Shown: one piece after another, positions 36,657-49,566 of the stretch
Layout of the letters: each line of letters starts with the position of its first letter
How positions within the stretch are numbered: position 1 is the first letter of the stretch
From: Folioceros fuciformis
Taxonomy: Eukaryota
DNA: 64,000 nt
Assembly (NCBI GenBank): GCA_049999805.1
Contig: JBNGIO010006230.1
Span: 67,494-131,493, forward strand
Direction: 5' to 3'
Notes under the pieces: generated by a model
What the model was told of the DNA's origin: nothing
The model's input: only the letters and a program-made list of their open reading frames with translations
The model's database searches: none
Program-made: the position numbers and the translations under genes

Positions 36657-38382
36657 ACAACCATAACACTCCTAAGGAAAACCTACGACCGACCAAAAGA
36701 ACAAAAGCCCGACCAAAAGAACAAAAGCCCGTTCAAACTCTTTACATACGTATATCACAGGAATCTGTGTGTAGGGGACGAGTTTGGTGCNNNNNNNNNN
36801 NNNNNNNNNNNNNNNNNNNNNNNNNNNNNNNNNNNNNNNNNNNNNNNNNNNNNNNNNNNNNNNNNNNNNNNNNNNNNNNNNNNNNNNNNNACTAGCCGGT
36901 GGAGCGGAGCCGGTGGCCGAGCGCGTAACGACGAATCCTGCACGCCTCTCGAGAAGCCGGCAATAAACTTGGGGTGAGGTTTAGGCGCTGGGACTTCACG
37001 AACGCAGCAAACCATGATTTCATGATAAAATCCTCAAGTGCCCCACACAAGCAAGGCATGGAATGTCTACAAGATGGATCTACCGAAAGACGACAAAACC
37101 CCATGACAGAAACGTAATTGTGTGCGGTCAGAGAAAGGAAGTTGAAATGATAGTTAACTACGACTGTTGACATCCTCTGGCAACACGGTGGGCAAACACT
37201 AAAAAGTTAAACTTGGCGCTGACAGTTCAAGGGAACAGAGGTAACCTGCCCCTGCACTACGTGCCACAGTCCAGAACAAGGCACCAAGAAATATAATAGC
37301 TCGCAATAGCACAAGTCCACATTCTGCAACCAAAGCAGGCTCTTCACGAGCGCCAACAAGGAACCAGTATGCTTGTCTTGAAGCACTCGGCGGCCTTGGC
37401 AGCCTGCATTAACAGCCGCACAGTTTTAAGAGTCCATCGATATCACAGATGGATCCAACAATGAACAAACAAACGCAAACAAGAAAGCCTCTCACGTTGC
37501 TCAACGAAGCAACACCAACCACTCTCAGGAACAATGCTGGTGGGTGTGGTTGTTAGCAGTACCAGGTGACAAAGCAACTGGGACTTATGAGAAATGTGAA
37601 GATTTTGCTCAGTTGAAGATCCTGAGCTCCCCAGCATCCAACAGTATTGTCAGCACCAAGCGTTCACCAAAAAAGTCAGGCCGCAAAGGTGCACAAAGCC
37701 AGTCATGATGAGTGAAAAAGCTAGCGTTACCTGCAAAGCAGAAGCATTCTGCTGAGCTCCTCAATCACTTGTCAGGGACGTGCGAGCTGCTTGTCCACGA
37801 AGGTGCATCAAAGCAGGCACAGGCAAGCAACTCATGCGTATCTCAACCAGGTAGTAAGGCTGCACCGGACCTACGGGTGAAGGACGCTCAGTGGAGAAAA
37901 GACTTTGACACACAAGCTAAGACAGGAAAACGATGAATCCCTTTGACGGATAGTGCTTCTCGTTCGCTTACGCTGCGGCTAAAAATTGCTACAAACAACG
38001 GCCTAAAAAACAAGGTACATACATAGTGCATTCGACTCACATACGGGCTTCGAAATAGCCATCCAGGAGAGAGGGGGCAACAACCAATCTGCAAAGGTAT
38101 TGCACATCGGATTAGAATAGAGTACAATCCAAGACAATCTACTGTAGACAGGCCCGGAGCAGGGCAAACAGTCAAGCGCCACATGAGGATAAACTCTGGG
38201 CACAACATGAGAAACGATCAAGACAAGCATGGCTAAGGACCACTTTCTTTCTAGCGGGAGATGTTTGAAGAGATCAACTATGGCACAGCGCAGCATTCAT
38301 CACATAAGACAAGACGTTCTGCACCAACAGAAACACAGTTCTGGAGCAGTCGGATGCCGAGGCTGCTCTCTCAACAAGAGAG

Positions 38383-39711
38383 TCAGTGCTTTGGCGGCCG
38401 TTGATCCGTCAGATCGTCTTTCCCATCCCTACTTCTTTTCCTCTTCACGGCGGGAGACTCCTTCAGATCCTCCTCCTCATCCTCCTCCCCTTCCTCCTCC
38501 AAGTCCTCGTCGTCCTCCTCCTCGTCCTCCCCCGGCTCAAAATCACTGGCTCCATCCTCGTCCTCTGCCCGCGCAATCGGCTGCACCAGGTATTCGGTCC
38601 TGTACTCGTCCTCCTCCTCATCCTCCTCCTCGTCCTCCTCCACCTCGTCCCCCTCTCCCTCGTTCTCCACCACGTCGTCCGCCGCCTCCTCCTCGTCCTC
38701 CCCTAGCTCACCGTTCTCATCCTCCTCGTCCTCATCTTGCACCTCTATCTCCCCTTCTGCGCTGGCCACAGCCCCGCTCGCTTGCTCCGTGCCCTCATCG
38801 TCCTCCTCCTCCTCATCCGCTACCTCCTCCTCGCTATCCTCCAGTTCTTGCACCTCCACGTTTTCCTCCACGTCCTCCTCCTCCGCGTCTCCGTCCTCAT
38901 CCTCCACGTCCTCTTCGTCCTCCTCGTCCGAGCCGTGACCGGCGCCGCCGCCACCTCCACTCCTGGAGGCACCTGCATGCGGAGCCGCTTCTTGATAGCT
39001 CCCGCCCTCCTCTTCCTCTTCCTCCTCATCTATCTCCTCCTCGTCCTCCCCGTCCCTCTCCTCCTCCTCGCCGTCGTCGTCCTCGTCTTCAGCAGCCCCT
39101 CGAACCTTGGACCCGTTAGTGCCCTCCTCCTCAACGGCATCTCCGTTCACGTCGTCCACGTCCTCCTCCTCGGACCCCTCCTCCTCGTCCTCCTCGTCGT
39201 GCTCCTCCTCCTCCTCGTCGGAAGACTCCGGCCGCTCGTTGTTGTCGGAGTCCGCCTTGTCCAGATACTGCAGAGACTTCATCATGCCGAACACCCGCGC
39301 CCGGTAGTCGGGAACCCGCGTCACAGGACACTCGTAGAGGTCCAAGCTCCTAAGGTTGAGACTGGCCAGCGGGGCCAGGTCCTCCAACAGCTGAATTTTG
39401 TTGTTGGACAGGTCCAGGTCGGCCAGCGACTTCAGCCCCGCGGAAACCAGATGCTCCAGACCACCGCTGATGCGGTTGTCACTCAGAATGAGCTGCTGCA
39501 GGTTGGGCAGCACAGGGAAGTCCGCCAGGGTAGACAGCCCCACGTTGGCTATGGAGAGGTGGCGCAGCTGCGAAAAAGCCTCAAGAAGCCCCGGCGGCGG
39601 CAGCCTGCCCTGTACGCACTTCACGGCCCCGTCCAGAGTGAGTGACCTCGTGCAAGCGGCGTCTTCACTTCCGCGCGCCGCCTCAACGGCGCGCTCCCAA
39701 GCCTCGTCCAT
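38383..39711 (-). CDS. ANP32: Acidic leucine-rich nuclear phosphoprotein 32-related protein, intronless CDS
   Basis: MDEAWERAVE, LTLDGAVKCVQGRLP, LRRs, 'LDLYECPVTRVPDYRARVFG', a long D/E tract, 'TEYLVQP' and a KRKR NLS. Confidence 0.95.
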   Translation of the reverse strand: MDEAWERAVEAARGSEDAACTRSLTLDGAVKCVQGRLPPPGLLEAFSQLRHLSIANVGLSTLADFPVLPNLQQLILSDNRISGGLEHLVSAGLKSLADLDLSNNKIQLLEDLAPLASLNLRSLDLYECPVTRVPDYRARVFGMMKSLQYLDKADSDNNERPESSDEEEEEHDEEDEEEGSEEEDVDDVNGDAVEEEGTNGSKVRGAAEDEDDDGEEEERDGEDEEEIDEEEEEEEGGSYQEAAPHAGASRSGGGGGAGHGSDEEDEEDVEDEDGDAEEEDVEENVEVQELEDSEEEVADEEEEDDEGTEQASGAVASAEGEIEVQDEDEEDENGELGEDEEEAADDVVENEGEGDEVEEDEEEDEEEDEYRTEYLVQPIARAEDEDGASDFEPGEDEEEDDEDLEEEGEEDEEEDLKESPAVKRKRSRDGKDDLTDQRPPKH

Positions 39712-40539
39712 GTCCCTCCCGGCGCCTGGCCTTGGCCTCGGCCCCGGCCCTGGCCCTGGCCCCGGCCCAGCCAGGCTCGCCCCGATTGCCGTCAGCGCCT
39801 CCCGGTCTTGCAGCCGCCGCTGCTACTCTTTGCTGTCCTACAGATCCTGCCTCACAACCCCAAAACAGACTCTGCACCTCACAATGCCCGAGTTTCGCAA
39901 GCCTGCAACACCTCTGCCTTCCTGCCTCCTCTGCCTCCTCTTGATTGCTTGCTTTGCTTGCCTGCTTCACCCGTCTCCTCCACCTATCTCCTCGCCTTTG
40001 CCCTAGCTCGTTTCTTTTCCCGCACACTCTCTCTACAACTCACATGTTCATGCCATAATCACATCTGATGTCTCCCCGCCAGCCCATGCCCCACATGGGC
40101 TGTCATTTTGAATTTTTGTCTACAACTTCCATCCATGTAACCGAAACGAACAGCATGCCTTTACATAAATAGTTAGCTGTCGTCCGCGAAGTTTCGATAA
40201 TTTGTCTCGATATTGAAAATTGGGAGTGAGAGTGACCTTGATTTGTCCACTCCACCAACCAGACAACTTCATACCTTTAGAGCGTGTATAGTCTTTTTAC
40301 GTATGTGGGAGGGAGGAAATAAAAAAAATTATGTATTATTTGATTATGAATAATATTTATTATTCTATAGCTATTCTAGGGGAAAAAAAAGTGAGAGTTT
40401 GAGACCAGGTTGACAACGGTCATATTATTATTTATAGGACCTTGGTGAACAATGAAAGGATGGGATAGCATAACATATAGCCACAGACAATCAATCAGGT
40501 TACATGTGTATAACAAGTTAAATAGCAGTTGTCTACATT

Positions 40540-41400
40540 GATCTACTCTGATTATAGATTTGCCCAACCACTAATCTACTCTGATTATGGATCTGCTCTA
40601 CTTTGATTAAGGATCTGCTCTACTCTGATTATGGATCTGCTCTACTTTCGGATCTGCTCTACTCTGATTATGNNNNNNNNNNACTCTGATTATGGATCTG
40701 CTCTACTTTGATTATGGATCTGCTCTACTCTGATTATGGATCTGCTCTACTTTGATTACGGATCTGCTCTACTTTGATTACAGATCTGCTCTACTCTGGT
40801 TATGGATCTGCTCTGCTACTGATCTACTCTGGTTATGGATGTGCTCTGCTACTGATCTACTCTGGTTATGAATGTGCTCTGCTACTGATCTACTCTGATT
40901 ATGGATCTGCTCTGCTACTGATCTACTCTAATTATGGATCTACCCGGGGATTCAACAAGGATGCAATTGCCCTGCTACTGATCTACTTTGATTATGGATA
41001 TGCCCTACCATTGATCTACTTTGATTATGGATATGCCCTGCCACTAATCTACTCTAATTATAGATCTACCCTGCCACTAATCTACTCTGATTATGGATCT
41101 ACCCGAGGATTCAATAAGGATGTAGTTGCCCTGCTGTCACTAATCTATTCGGTTTATGGATCTACCTGGGGATTCAACAAGAATGTAGTTGCTCTGCTGC
41201 CACTGATTTACTTTGATTATGGATCTACCCGGGGATTCAACAAGGATGCAGTTGCCCTGCTACTGATCTACTCTTATTATGGATTTGCCCTACCATTGAT
41301 CTACTCTGATTATGGATCTGCCCTGCCACTAATCTACTCTGATTATGGATCTACCCGGGGATTCAATAAGGATGTAGTGGGAATTCAACAAGGATGTAGT
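40540..41400. repeat. Complex satellite (20/22-bp and 30-bp units, higher-order insert acccggggattcaacaaggatgcagttg)
   Basis: ctactctgattatggatctgct(ctgctactgat) repeated more than 25 times; includes a 10-N gap. Confidence 0.93.
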
Positions 41401-42126
41401 TGATGTTCTGGTGGATCTGTTGGCTAGCAAATATTTTCCATTCATTGCATGACATGACATCTTGTGGTGAGCTTCATATGATAAATATGCACAATGTGGA
41501 GGAATTGCACAAGGTTAGGGAGACACTTCAAAATGAAGCACCACCAAAGGAATGGTCTCCTTCGTTTGGGACAAAACCAATATGCACTCTGATCAAGGCA
41601 ATTTCGACATTGTAGAGTATACAACGATGGGATGAGATGCAACTTCCAACAACTTGAAGACTCAAGTTCACATGCTATGGAACACCTTGCAATGGTCCTT
41701 CAACAACAAAAGAGCTCTTATTTCACACAACACACATTAGTGAAGAAGCTTTTTTACATGGCTTTGACAAGCTTTGTGGTTTGTGCATATTAAAGACCCT
41801 TTGGTCTCATGATGAAGCTGATCAAGAGATTTCCTTAAGAAGGAGTTTGGATTGCAAATGCATGTGCAGGGAGCGAGCGGCTTTTGCTCATTGGTAGCTC
41901 TCCTATAGGCAAAATCGCATGTCGTAGATGTGAACAAGTTGTGCAAAAAATTCATTCCCCAACAAATACATAGGTATGAGGTTTTGCTAGATGTAGAAGA
42001 GGAGTTGAATTATGAACCACATAGTTGCCATGCTACTTAGTTTTGTGCAAAAAACCTTCGCTTGTTTGGGACAAACTCCACGCAAGCATAGATTGTCCCT
42101 CTGGGTTTTCAATGGATGAAAAACGT

Positions 42127-42534
42127 TTTCAATGAAAATCCTCACTTAGTTTAACATACCTTCATACACATACAACCTTTTGTCTACTCCGAGGTCTTCA
42201 AAGTCGACCTAACAGTGGTAGCACACATTGTCGAAAACCTTGTAAATAAAGATGGATCTTGGAAGGTGTTACTTTCTTTCGTTGCATTCACCTCCATCAT
42301 CGTTGGTGAAGGAGTTTGGATTGTAAATGCATGTGCAGGGAGTAGCTGATAAAAACGCCAACGATGGAGGTGAATGCAATGGAAGAGAATAACACCTTCG
42401 AAGATCCATCTTTATCGACACGGTTTTCAACAATGTGTTTGACCACTGTCAGGTGGACTTCCAAGACCTCGAAGTAGACAAAAGGTTGTATGTGTATGAC
42501 GGTATGTTAAGTTATGTGAGAATTTTCATTGAAA
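42127..42534. repeat. Long inverted repeat (arms about 42127-42306 and 42358-42534, about 50-nt loop)
   Basis: For example catacacatacaaccttttgtctact pairs with agtagacaaaaggttgtatgtgtatg, and aaagatggatctt with aagatccatcttt. Confidence 0.9.
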
Positions 42535-45500
42535 TCTTGTTTTACTATCAAAATTGCTTTTCCTATATGTTATTATCATAAAGTAAATAAATCATGCCTT
42601 TAAGAGAATAAATAATATCAATAATATATTAAAATTATACCATACTACTGCCATTATACTATAATACACGTTCAGTCCATAACAATTATTACCTATTTTG
42701 TTCAATTATGGTGGACAATGTTAGTGTACTTAAATTCTATTGTTTGTAGGAGGAAGAATGTTTTTCATCTCAAAATGTAGGTTAGATCTCAATGTTTAAG
42801 ATTGCGGCATTATTTGCATTTGTGGTAAGGAAGTGTTTTGAGGTAGAAATATTAAAATATTCAGGGCATTGAGTTGTGTTGTTTTAAACAATGTTTTGTG
42901 ATCTTTTGGCTACAACATGGTTTGCAAGTCATATTTTCTTGATTTGCTATCGTAGTTTGGATCTTTCCATAGGGCATAAGAAAAACAACATCTATCTTTC
43001 TATTAAGAACAAGTTTGAACAAATCTCCAGTTATAGACTTCTTCAATGTTTAACTCCATATTTTTTTGCATTATGCTTTACAAATTCAATTTTTTTTGGT
43101 GGATGCATTACATATGTTAATTTTGTGCGTGAAGAATCAGACAAGATTAAGTGAATCTTCCCTTGAAGAGACTCATTGTGTACATTGGCTCATAACATAA
43201 TGGTCTTCTTAGTTTGATGCTATGGACCTCGTGTCATTAAACAAAATGCACCAGCAGCTAGTCGGATGGAAGATTAACAATCTTAAATTATTTGAGATGA
43301 TAGACACATATTTAGGAGGAGATGTTATCTTCTGGTTTGGGTGCTTTGGTACTTGAGATCGAAAGGGCTGGGACATGTTTGTAGTGACCTAGTAACTATC
43401 ATTGAGCAAATGAACCATAGATTTAAAATATTAAAAAATGAAATAGATGTGCTATAACTTAAGACCTAGTGTTTTAAGTTGTATAGTTTTTTTGCCACCA
43501 CCAACAAATCCATCTTTAATATTTGAGTTTAGTCAATACTTGCTTAGCATTTCACCAAGATCTTTGGGGTTATTCCGTATAATGTTGCTCTATCTAACAT
43601 GTTGCTACAATAATATTTAAAACATGATTTATATATGTTTCTCTAATATGTTTTGAACGTTTTATCTTCATTGATACATTTATAAAGTAGATGTGGATTT
43701 GAAAAAACAATTATTCCTTGCTCACACAATGGATTTCTTCTAACTTTATAATTATAAGATTGTTGATGTCTTTTTAATACTACCATCATCAAAGTATGGT
43801 CTAAAGTAGATATTTTGAACAAAGGCTAGTATAAATATTTGAGAATGAGATATACTATATATAAAAGCAGACCATTTGATTTGATGTTAGAACCCATATT
43901 TTTTTTGAAGGCTTTCAATTTGCTTAAAGCAACTCTTATTATTAAAGTAGAGCGCCAACTCTATATGGAACCCTAGAAGCTATCTTTAATCCTAAGGTTT
44001 GGACCTATTTTCAAGTAACCCTTAAAGAACTTAAAGCTTGAACTAAGTGCTTTGTAAATGTACAATTGTAAAATGATGATTAAAATTGATATCAACCCCT
44101 TTTTATGTGGATGTCCAAGTGTTAGGATGTGTTATGTCCACAACATCACTAGTCAAACATGCTCATGAAAAAAACTACACTACTATGTCTAGCTCTCAAC
44201 AACACCATTTATTATCGAGATATAGCTCCACCACATTACCTAGTAGTCCACAACATCTCTAGTTGAACCTGCTCATCACCAAATAACCTACACCATGGCC
44301 ACCTAAAAAGTGAACAACACTAATCACCTCTACATAACAATAGTCACTCACTTTCATCACCTTAGCGTCTGGCATCTGAACACCAATCCTCTTCCACTAT
44401 TCACAAGGAAAGGGTATCATACACCAACCACCTCGAGAGGACATCACACCTCATTCTACTTCCAACCCACAACAAGCTATGTTTCTCTTATTGTCCGCAT
44501 TGCCATGGCTCGCCATATCTGGTTTCAAAAAACTAGAATATGATTAGCTAATGTCAAGATGAGGTGATCTTCTAAACCTTGGGACTAGATGATGTTCTGT
44601 AATGTATTTGGAACACTTAGGTGATCATCTACTTGCACTTGTATCAATATCCCACGTGCTATCCTCATATTCCACATCAAGACCTAAATCAATGTTCTGG
44701 TCTAGTAAGTGAGTGAGCCATGTTACATTGACAATGCAAACACGAGCTAGAGCATGCATCGTTTGACAGTGCAAGCCCGAGTCAATTGTGAGACACCCAT
44801 GGTTACTGCTCTCTTCAGAAAATGCTTGAACTGCTAAGTTCCTATCACAGGATGGCCCCTCATGTGAGGCTTGGTCATACTTGGTTATAACATGATGGCA
44901 GTAGTCACCAAACCATGTGCTGACCATCTATATGAATCAACTTCCAATAATTGGTCAACTATAATTGAATATTATTGGACACCATTGTTTTCATTGATGT
45001 CAATAACCTTACATGCAAGAATTGTGTGCAATTGTTAAGTATATGAGTACTACATAATGATCACATGAGAACCAAGTGGATAAGGAACTCCAACTATTTT
45101 CACACAACTCTAAGAAAGCCTTGTGCTACTTGTGCCCTAAACCCTACTTACAAAAGTAGTGCCCAACAAATTCATAACATGATCTACGATTAGGCTAGGG
45201 TTAGGGTATGACTACAACTTTATGGCAGCGCCGACACACCGGTTGAGGTAGGGTTAGGGTATGGAAAGCAAGTACCTTTTTCTATATGTTACACCTTCTA
45301 AGTCCGACTCCATCCATGAACTTTAATTTTATTGAGAGGTAAAATAAAATATTCAATTTTTTTGAATAATTATTTAAAATTAGTTTATGGAAAATGGATC
45401 TTATTTCTGAATCTAAGGATATTGTTTATCTAGACGTTTTCGGAGAAAGGATTTGATGGTTGTTGAATAAGGACAAGGACGACTGAAGCAGGTACGGGCT

Positions 45501-46039
45501 ACTAGGTACATCGTTACGTATGTTCAAAAGGACAAAGAAGAGAAAAAATAAAATAAAAGGAACAGAGGAATGGATGCGTGAGAGAAGGTCGGGTCATGGT
45601 TAAAGACGAATGTACAGAATAACAACCCGGTAGCTTTGCGTCCTGACGAGTCTCCAGAAATTGGGTGTAAGCGGTCCGGACTCCTGCTGTTCTTTCGTGA
45701 GAGCCGTCGGCTGATTCACCTCTTCTGGCGCTCGGTTGTGCTGCGCTTGGACTGTATCTCCGACTCTGGCTTATTGGAGCAGCCCCGGAGGAAAGCAGTT
45801 CTTGATACACGTATCTTTGGCCGGGAGGAGAGCGCGTTTTCTTGAGCTTGTGCTGAAGCAGAGCTATTGTTGTTGCAGCATTGTACTCTGCGCATTTGTT
45901 TGGGAAGAAGATGGTTCCGTGTGCTCCGCGGCGAAAAGCTTGCTGTTTGGAGTCGCAATTTGCAGCTGTTGTTGTGAAGAAGTGGGTGTGAGCCAAGAAG
46001 AGAGCCCGTGTGTACAGCCCGCCTGGCCTGGGAGTGCTC

Positions 46040-49000
46040 ATGGCAGACGCAGGGCAGCAAGAACCGCTTCGTGGGTACGACAGAAACCCAATCGGTGGCA
46101 GGACAGGACAGGGTGAGCCCTTCTGTCCCCCGGGATGGACCTGGAGAACAGGCAACAGGGTGCAAGACATGTATTTCACAGCGCCAGGGCCCAATGGCGA
46201 GAGGTTTCGCTCTAAGACCGAGCTCAAAGTGTACTTGGACAAGCTGCCTGACGGCCCTCGGATGGAGGACTTCCACTGGAAGGCCCCTGCTTATTGTAAG
46301 TTTCGTCTTGCTGTTACACTGGTTGTTGCTCTGGGCGACTGGTTCATTGGGTTGTGCTGGATAAGTGAATGTGATACATGGTCGGAGTGAACGAACTGAG
46401 CGGAGCCCAGTGTTTGTTGTGTTTACTTGCGAAATGTCCATACGGAGATGCTGATTTTTCGGGCGCACAGATCTGAAGACAGGGGAAGTGCCTGGGGTGC
46501 CGTACAACATGAGACCCCGGGGTNNNNNNNNNNNNNNNNNNNNNNNNNNNNNNNNNNNNNNNNNNNNNNNNNNNNNNNNNNNNNNNNNNNNNNNNNNNNN
46601 NNNNNNNNNNNNNNNNNNNNNNNNNNNNNNNNNNNNNNNNNNNNNNNNNNNNNNNNNNNNNNNNNNNNNNNNNNNNNNNNNNNNNNNNNNNNNNNNNNNN
46701 NNNNNNNNNNNNNNNNNNNNNNNNNNNNNNNNNNNNNNNNNNNNNNNNNNNNNNNNNNNNNNNNNNNNNNNNNNNNNNNNNNNNNNNNNNNNNNNNNNNN
46801 NNNNNNNNNNNNNNNNNNNNNNNNNNNNNNNNNNNNNNNNNNNNNNNNNNNNNNNNNNNNNNNNNNNNNNNNNNNNNNNNNNNNNNNNNNNNNNNNNNNN
46901 NNNNNNNNNNNNNNNNNNNNNNNGTGCAGGAAGAGGTGGTAGAGGGAGGGGTGGGTACAAACGGAAAGCTGTAGAAGATCTTGATCGGACTGCTGCAATG
47001 GATCTTGACGAGGAAGAGAAGAAAGCCAAGCTGAAAGATGTAGCGAGGAAGACGCTCATGGTAGAGTTCTTGCCTTGTCCGTTGCTGCAGATATGTGAGA
47101 GCTGAAAAGTGCCTTCTGACGCTCTTGAGCCTTCACTACAGGTTAGTTCCACATTCAGTACTGAACCCAAGATTGAACCTCAGGCCTACACTTCACTGCC
47201 ATTTCTGTCGCGGGACCGGGCTGATGGCGGCAATGCCACCGTCGAGCAGGCCATGGTTCCGCTTGCCCTCCCCGCTCCAGCTAAGAGGAAACGGGGCAGG
47301 CCTCGGTCGTCGGTGGACGATCACTCATTTACCACCATCCTTTCAACGGTGACGAGTTATAAATGGCTCACAGACACAAGCGACGACCTTCGAAGGTTTA
47401 TGGAAGAGGCAGAACATTTGGGGCAGAGAAGTGAAGAGGAAATGCTCGAGTATCGGAGGCTGCTGCTGTCCAGGACTCATGATGCAGTTAGCATGAGGAG
47501 ATACACCAAGCCTGTGCTTCACACTTTCGTCCGAATCTTGAGGAACGAGGAAGCACCTGACTTTTTGGGAAGACTTGATCTTGCTGATTTGTGCTGCAAC
47601 TGGAACTGTAAGCACAAACGGTACTTCTGCTTACTAGAGGAGGGCAGAATTCAAGGTATGAGGCAGTGCAGGATGGACAAGGAGCCGTTCACCAGTGCCA
47701 GGCTTGACAAAGAGACCTTGTGGAGGCTCATGGGGGCTGAGGACGAAGCTACGGCCTATCCCTCACAGAATGGAGGGATGGCCGCAGGTGTTGACACCGT
47801 TCAGACACGGGAGGAGACGAACACGAAGCTGGAACAAGCTGATGAGTGTTCCTCACTATCCAAGGGTGGGGAGTTTGAGCCCGTCAGTGAGGGTCGGAGG
47901 ACAAGAAGGAATGCACAACGAGCAAATGTGTGCTTTTGTAAAGCTTGTACTAGCGAGGCTAAGTTCTGTCGGGGGTGTGTGTGTGGAATATGCAATACAC
48001 TTGCTTCTCCTGCAGAGTCTTGGAGGGTCGTCAAGTGTACCAGCTGCCAGCATCTGTTTCATTTGGATTGTGCCGTTGAGACAAAATGTGCTGGAGTAGT
48101 GAAAGAAGTTGCGCTGGATGTGGAGTTTTTCTGTTCCCTTTGCAACTGCAAGACGGACCTGTTTCCTTTCTGGAGGGAGAGAGTACATGGAGCTATAGCA
48201 AGCAAGGATGTAGCCAGCCTTGAGAAGCACATACGGTCTGCTGTCACTGTGTTGAGAGGGTCACAAAGGAATCACTATGCTCCTCTCCATGAAAGAATGG
48301 AGGAGGCGTATAACGTGCTTTTGCAGGGTTCCAACTATCCGGAAGTGTACTGCTTGTTACAACAAATTGAGCAACAGCTTGACTCTCTTGGAGTTAATCA
48401 GCTGACTGCTGGTAATGTTTTAACTTCAATTTTAGTGTCCTATTGTCTCATTCCTGTTAGGTTCCTTCGTTGTGGCCACAAATCGGATTGTGATGCCTGT
48501 AAGCTCTCTGTTTGTTTGTACAGGTGACAGCAATGCGTCGGTTCCCGACCTGCAACAGAGTGAAAAGGAGTTACTTGAGCTGGAGGTCAGAGTATTCCAT
48601 CTCCAAAAACTTGCAGATGAAGATCATAAAGAGTGGAGCGAAAGAGAGAAGGTTGCAGATGCAAAGAGGTTGTGCTTCCTGGAGGCGGAGGAGCATTGGA
48701 AGCAGGCAGCGGATGCTGCAAAAGAAAAGTGTGAAAAGGCTTCTGCATCCCGGCTACTTGTACATAAAGAAAAGCAGAGGCTGACGGCGCTCAGAGAAAG
48801 AGCCGAGCCTCTAGTATTTACTGCAGCAGAGTTGGAAGCCAAGAACCAGGTGATGCAAGGGGAGTATCGAGAGCTGGAAAGGCTGGAGAGAGAACTGAGA
48901 GAATTGGACCAGACTGATGCAGTAGGCATCAGTAAGTTGCAGGATCGAATTGCAATCCAACAGATCAGAGTTAATGCATCGCGGGCCAGGTTTGGTAAGC

Positions 49001-49077
49001 TGCTGAATATCGCGAAGCTGCGGAACGCTACACATTTGGTATGCCACCACTCCGAGGACTTCGTAATGGGTTCTTGA
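46040..49077 (+). CDS. Nuclear protein with N-terminal MBD-like domain, AT-hook-like motif, Oberon/VIN3-type PHD finger and C-terminal coiled coil; spans a 400-N gap
   Basis: GEPFCPPGWTWRTGNRVQDMYFTAP..GERFRSKTELKVYL, KRKRGRPR and FCRGCVCGIC...VKCTSCQHLFHLDCA...LDVEFFCSLCNCKTDL; last exon about 48525-49077. Confidence 0.82.
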
Positions 49078-49566
49078 AAGAGCTTTAATGCTTTTACGGG
49101 TGTCTGACTTCTCTCTAAGGGCAGAGGGTGTGCTTGACCTACGCAAAAAGAAATGTCACAATGACCAACGCTAACGCATCTGCTGTGTTTGCAGGACACC
49201 CAGGCTTGATGGAACTCATTTTTGGCACTAACATGTTGCACCTCGTCATCTGTGCCTGGGTCACAGTTGTTTTTGCATCCAAGAAGATGAGTTGCACTGG
49301 TTAGAGAGCCACGCCACGTCGCAGCAATTTGTTATGCCTGGTCCCTGAGGACAAGCAGCAATCAGCTGGGCATGTGGCTAGGCTCTGAACACTCACTGAT
49401 ATAACATTTTGGTGGTTGTCACTTGCCATCTGTAGTCTACTGCAGACTGTGTCGTATAGGTCTTCTGTCCTGAACGACTTTTTGAGCATACCTGTGTCAC
49501 CTCAAAACATCAGCACATCAGCAGGCGGCGGTTACCTGGCCTGGCCTTTGTTGTAGTTGCGGCTGT

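Larger units (their letters stand above)
35300..36991. mobile_element. Non-autonomous TIR element (MULE/foldback-like) with about 200-bp terminal inverted repeats
   Basis: 35300-35490 (ccagcgcctaaac...ctcgagaggcgggcaggattcgtcgttacgcg...gcaccaaactcgtcccctac...ttcctgtg) is the reverse complement of 36750-36991, which is interrupted by an N gap. No transposase ORF and no clear TSD. Confidence 0.78.

Noticed and set aside
38229-39645. Pro-rich and Leu-rich plus-strand ORFs
   Set aside because: Antisense shadows of the GAG/GAC-rich ANP32 acidic tract.
40774-41403. 209-aa ORF of LLIYSDYGS repeats
   Set aside because: Translation of the satellite, open only because the 30-bp unit lacks a stop in that frame.
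45514-47170. Long minus-strand ORFs
   Set aside because: Antisense to the MBD/PHD gene and partly inflated by the N gap.
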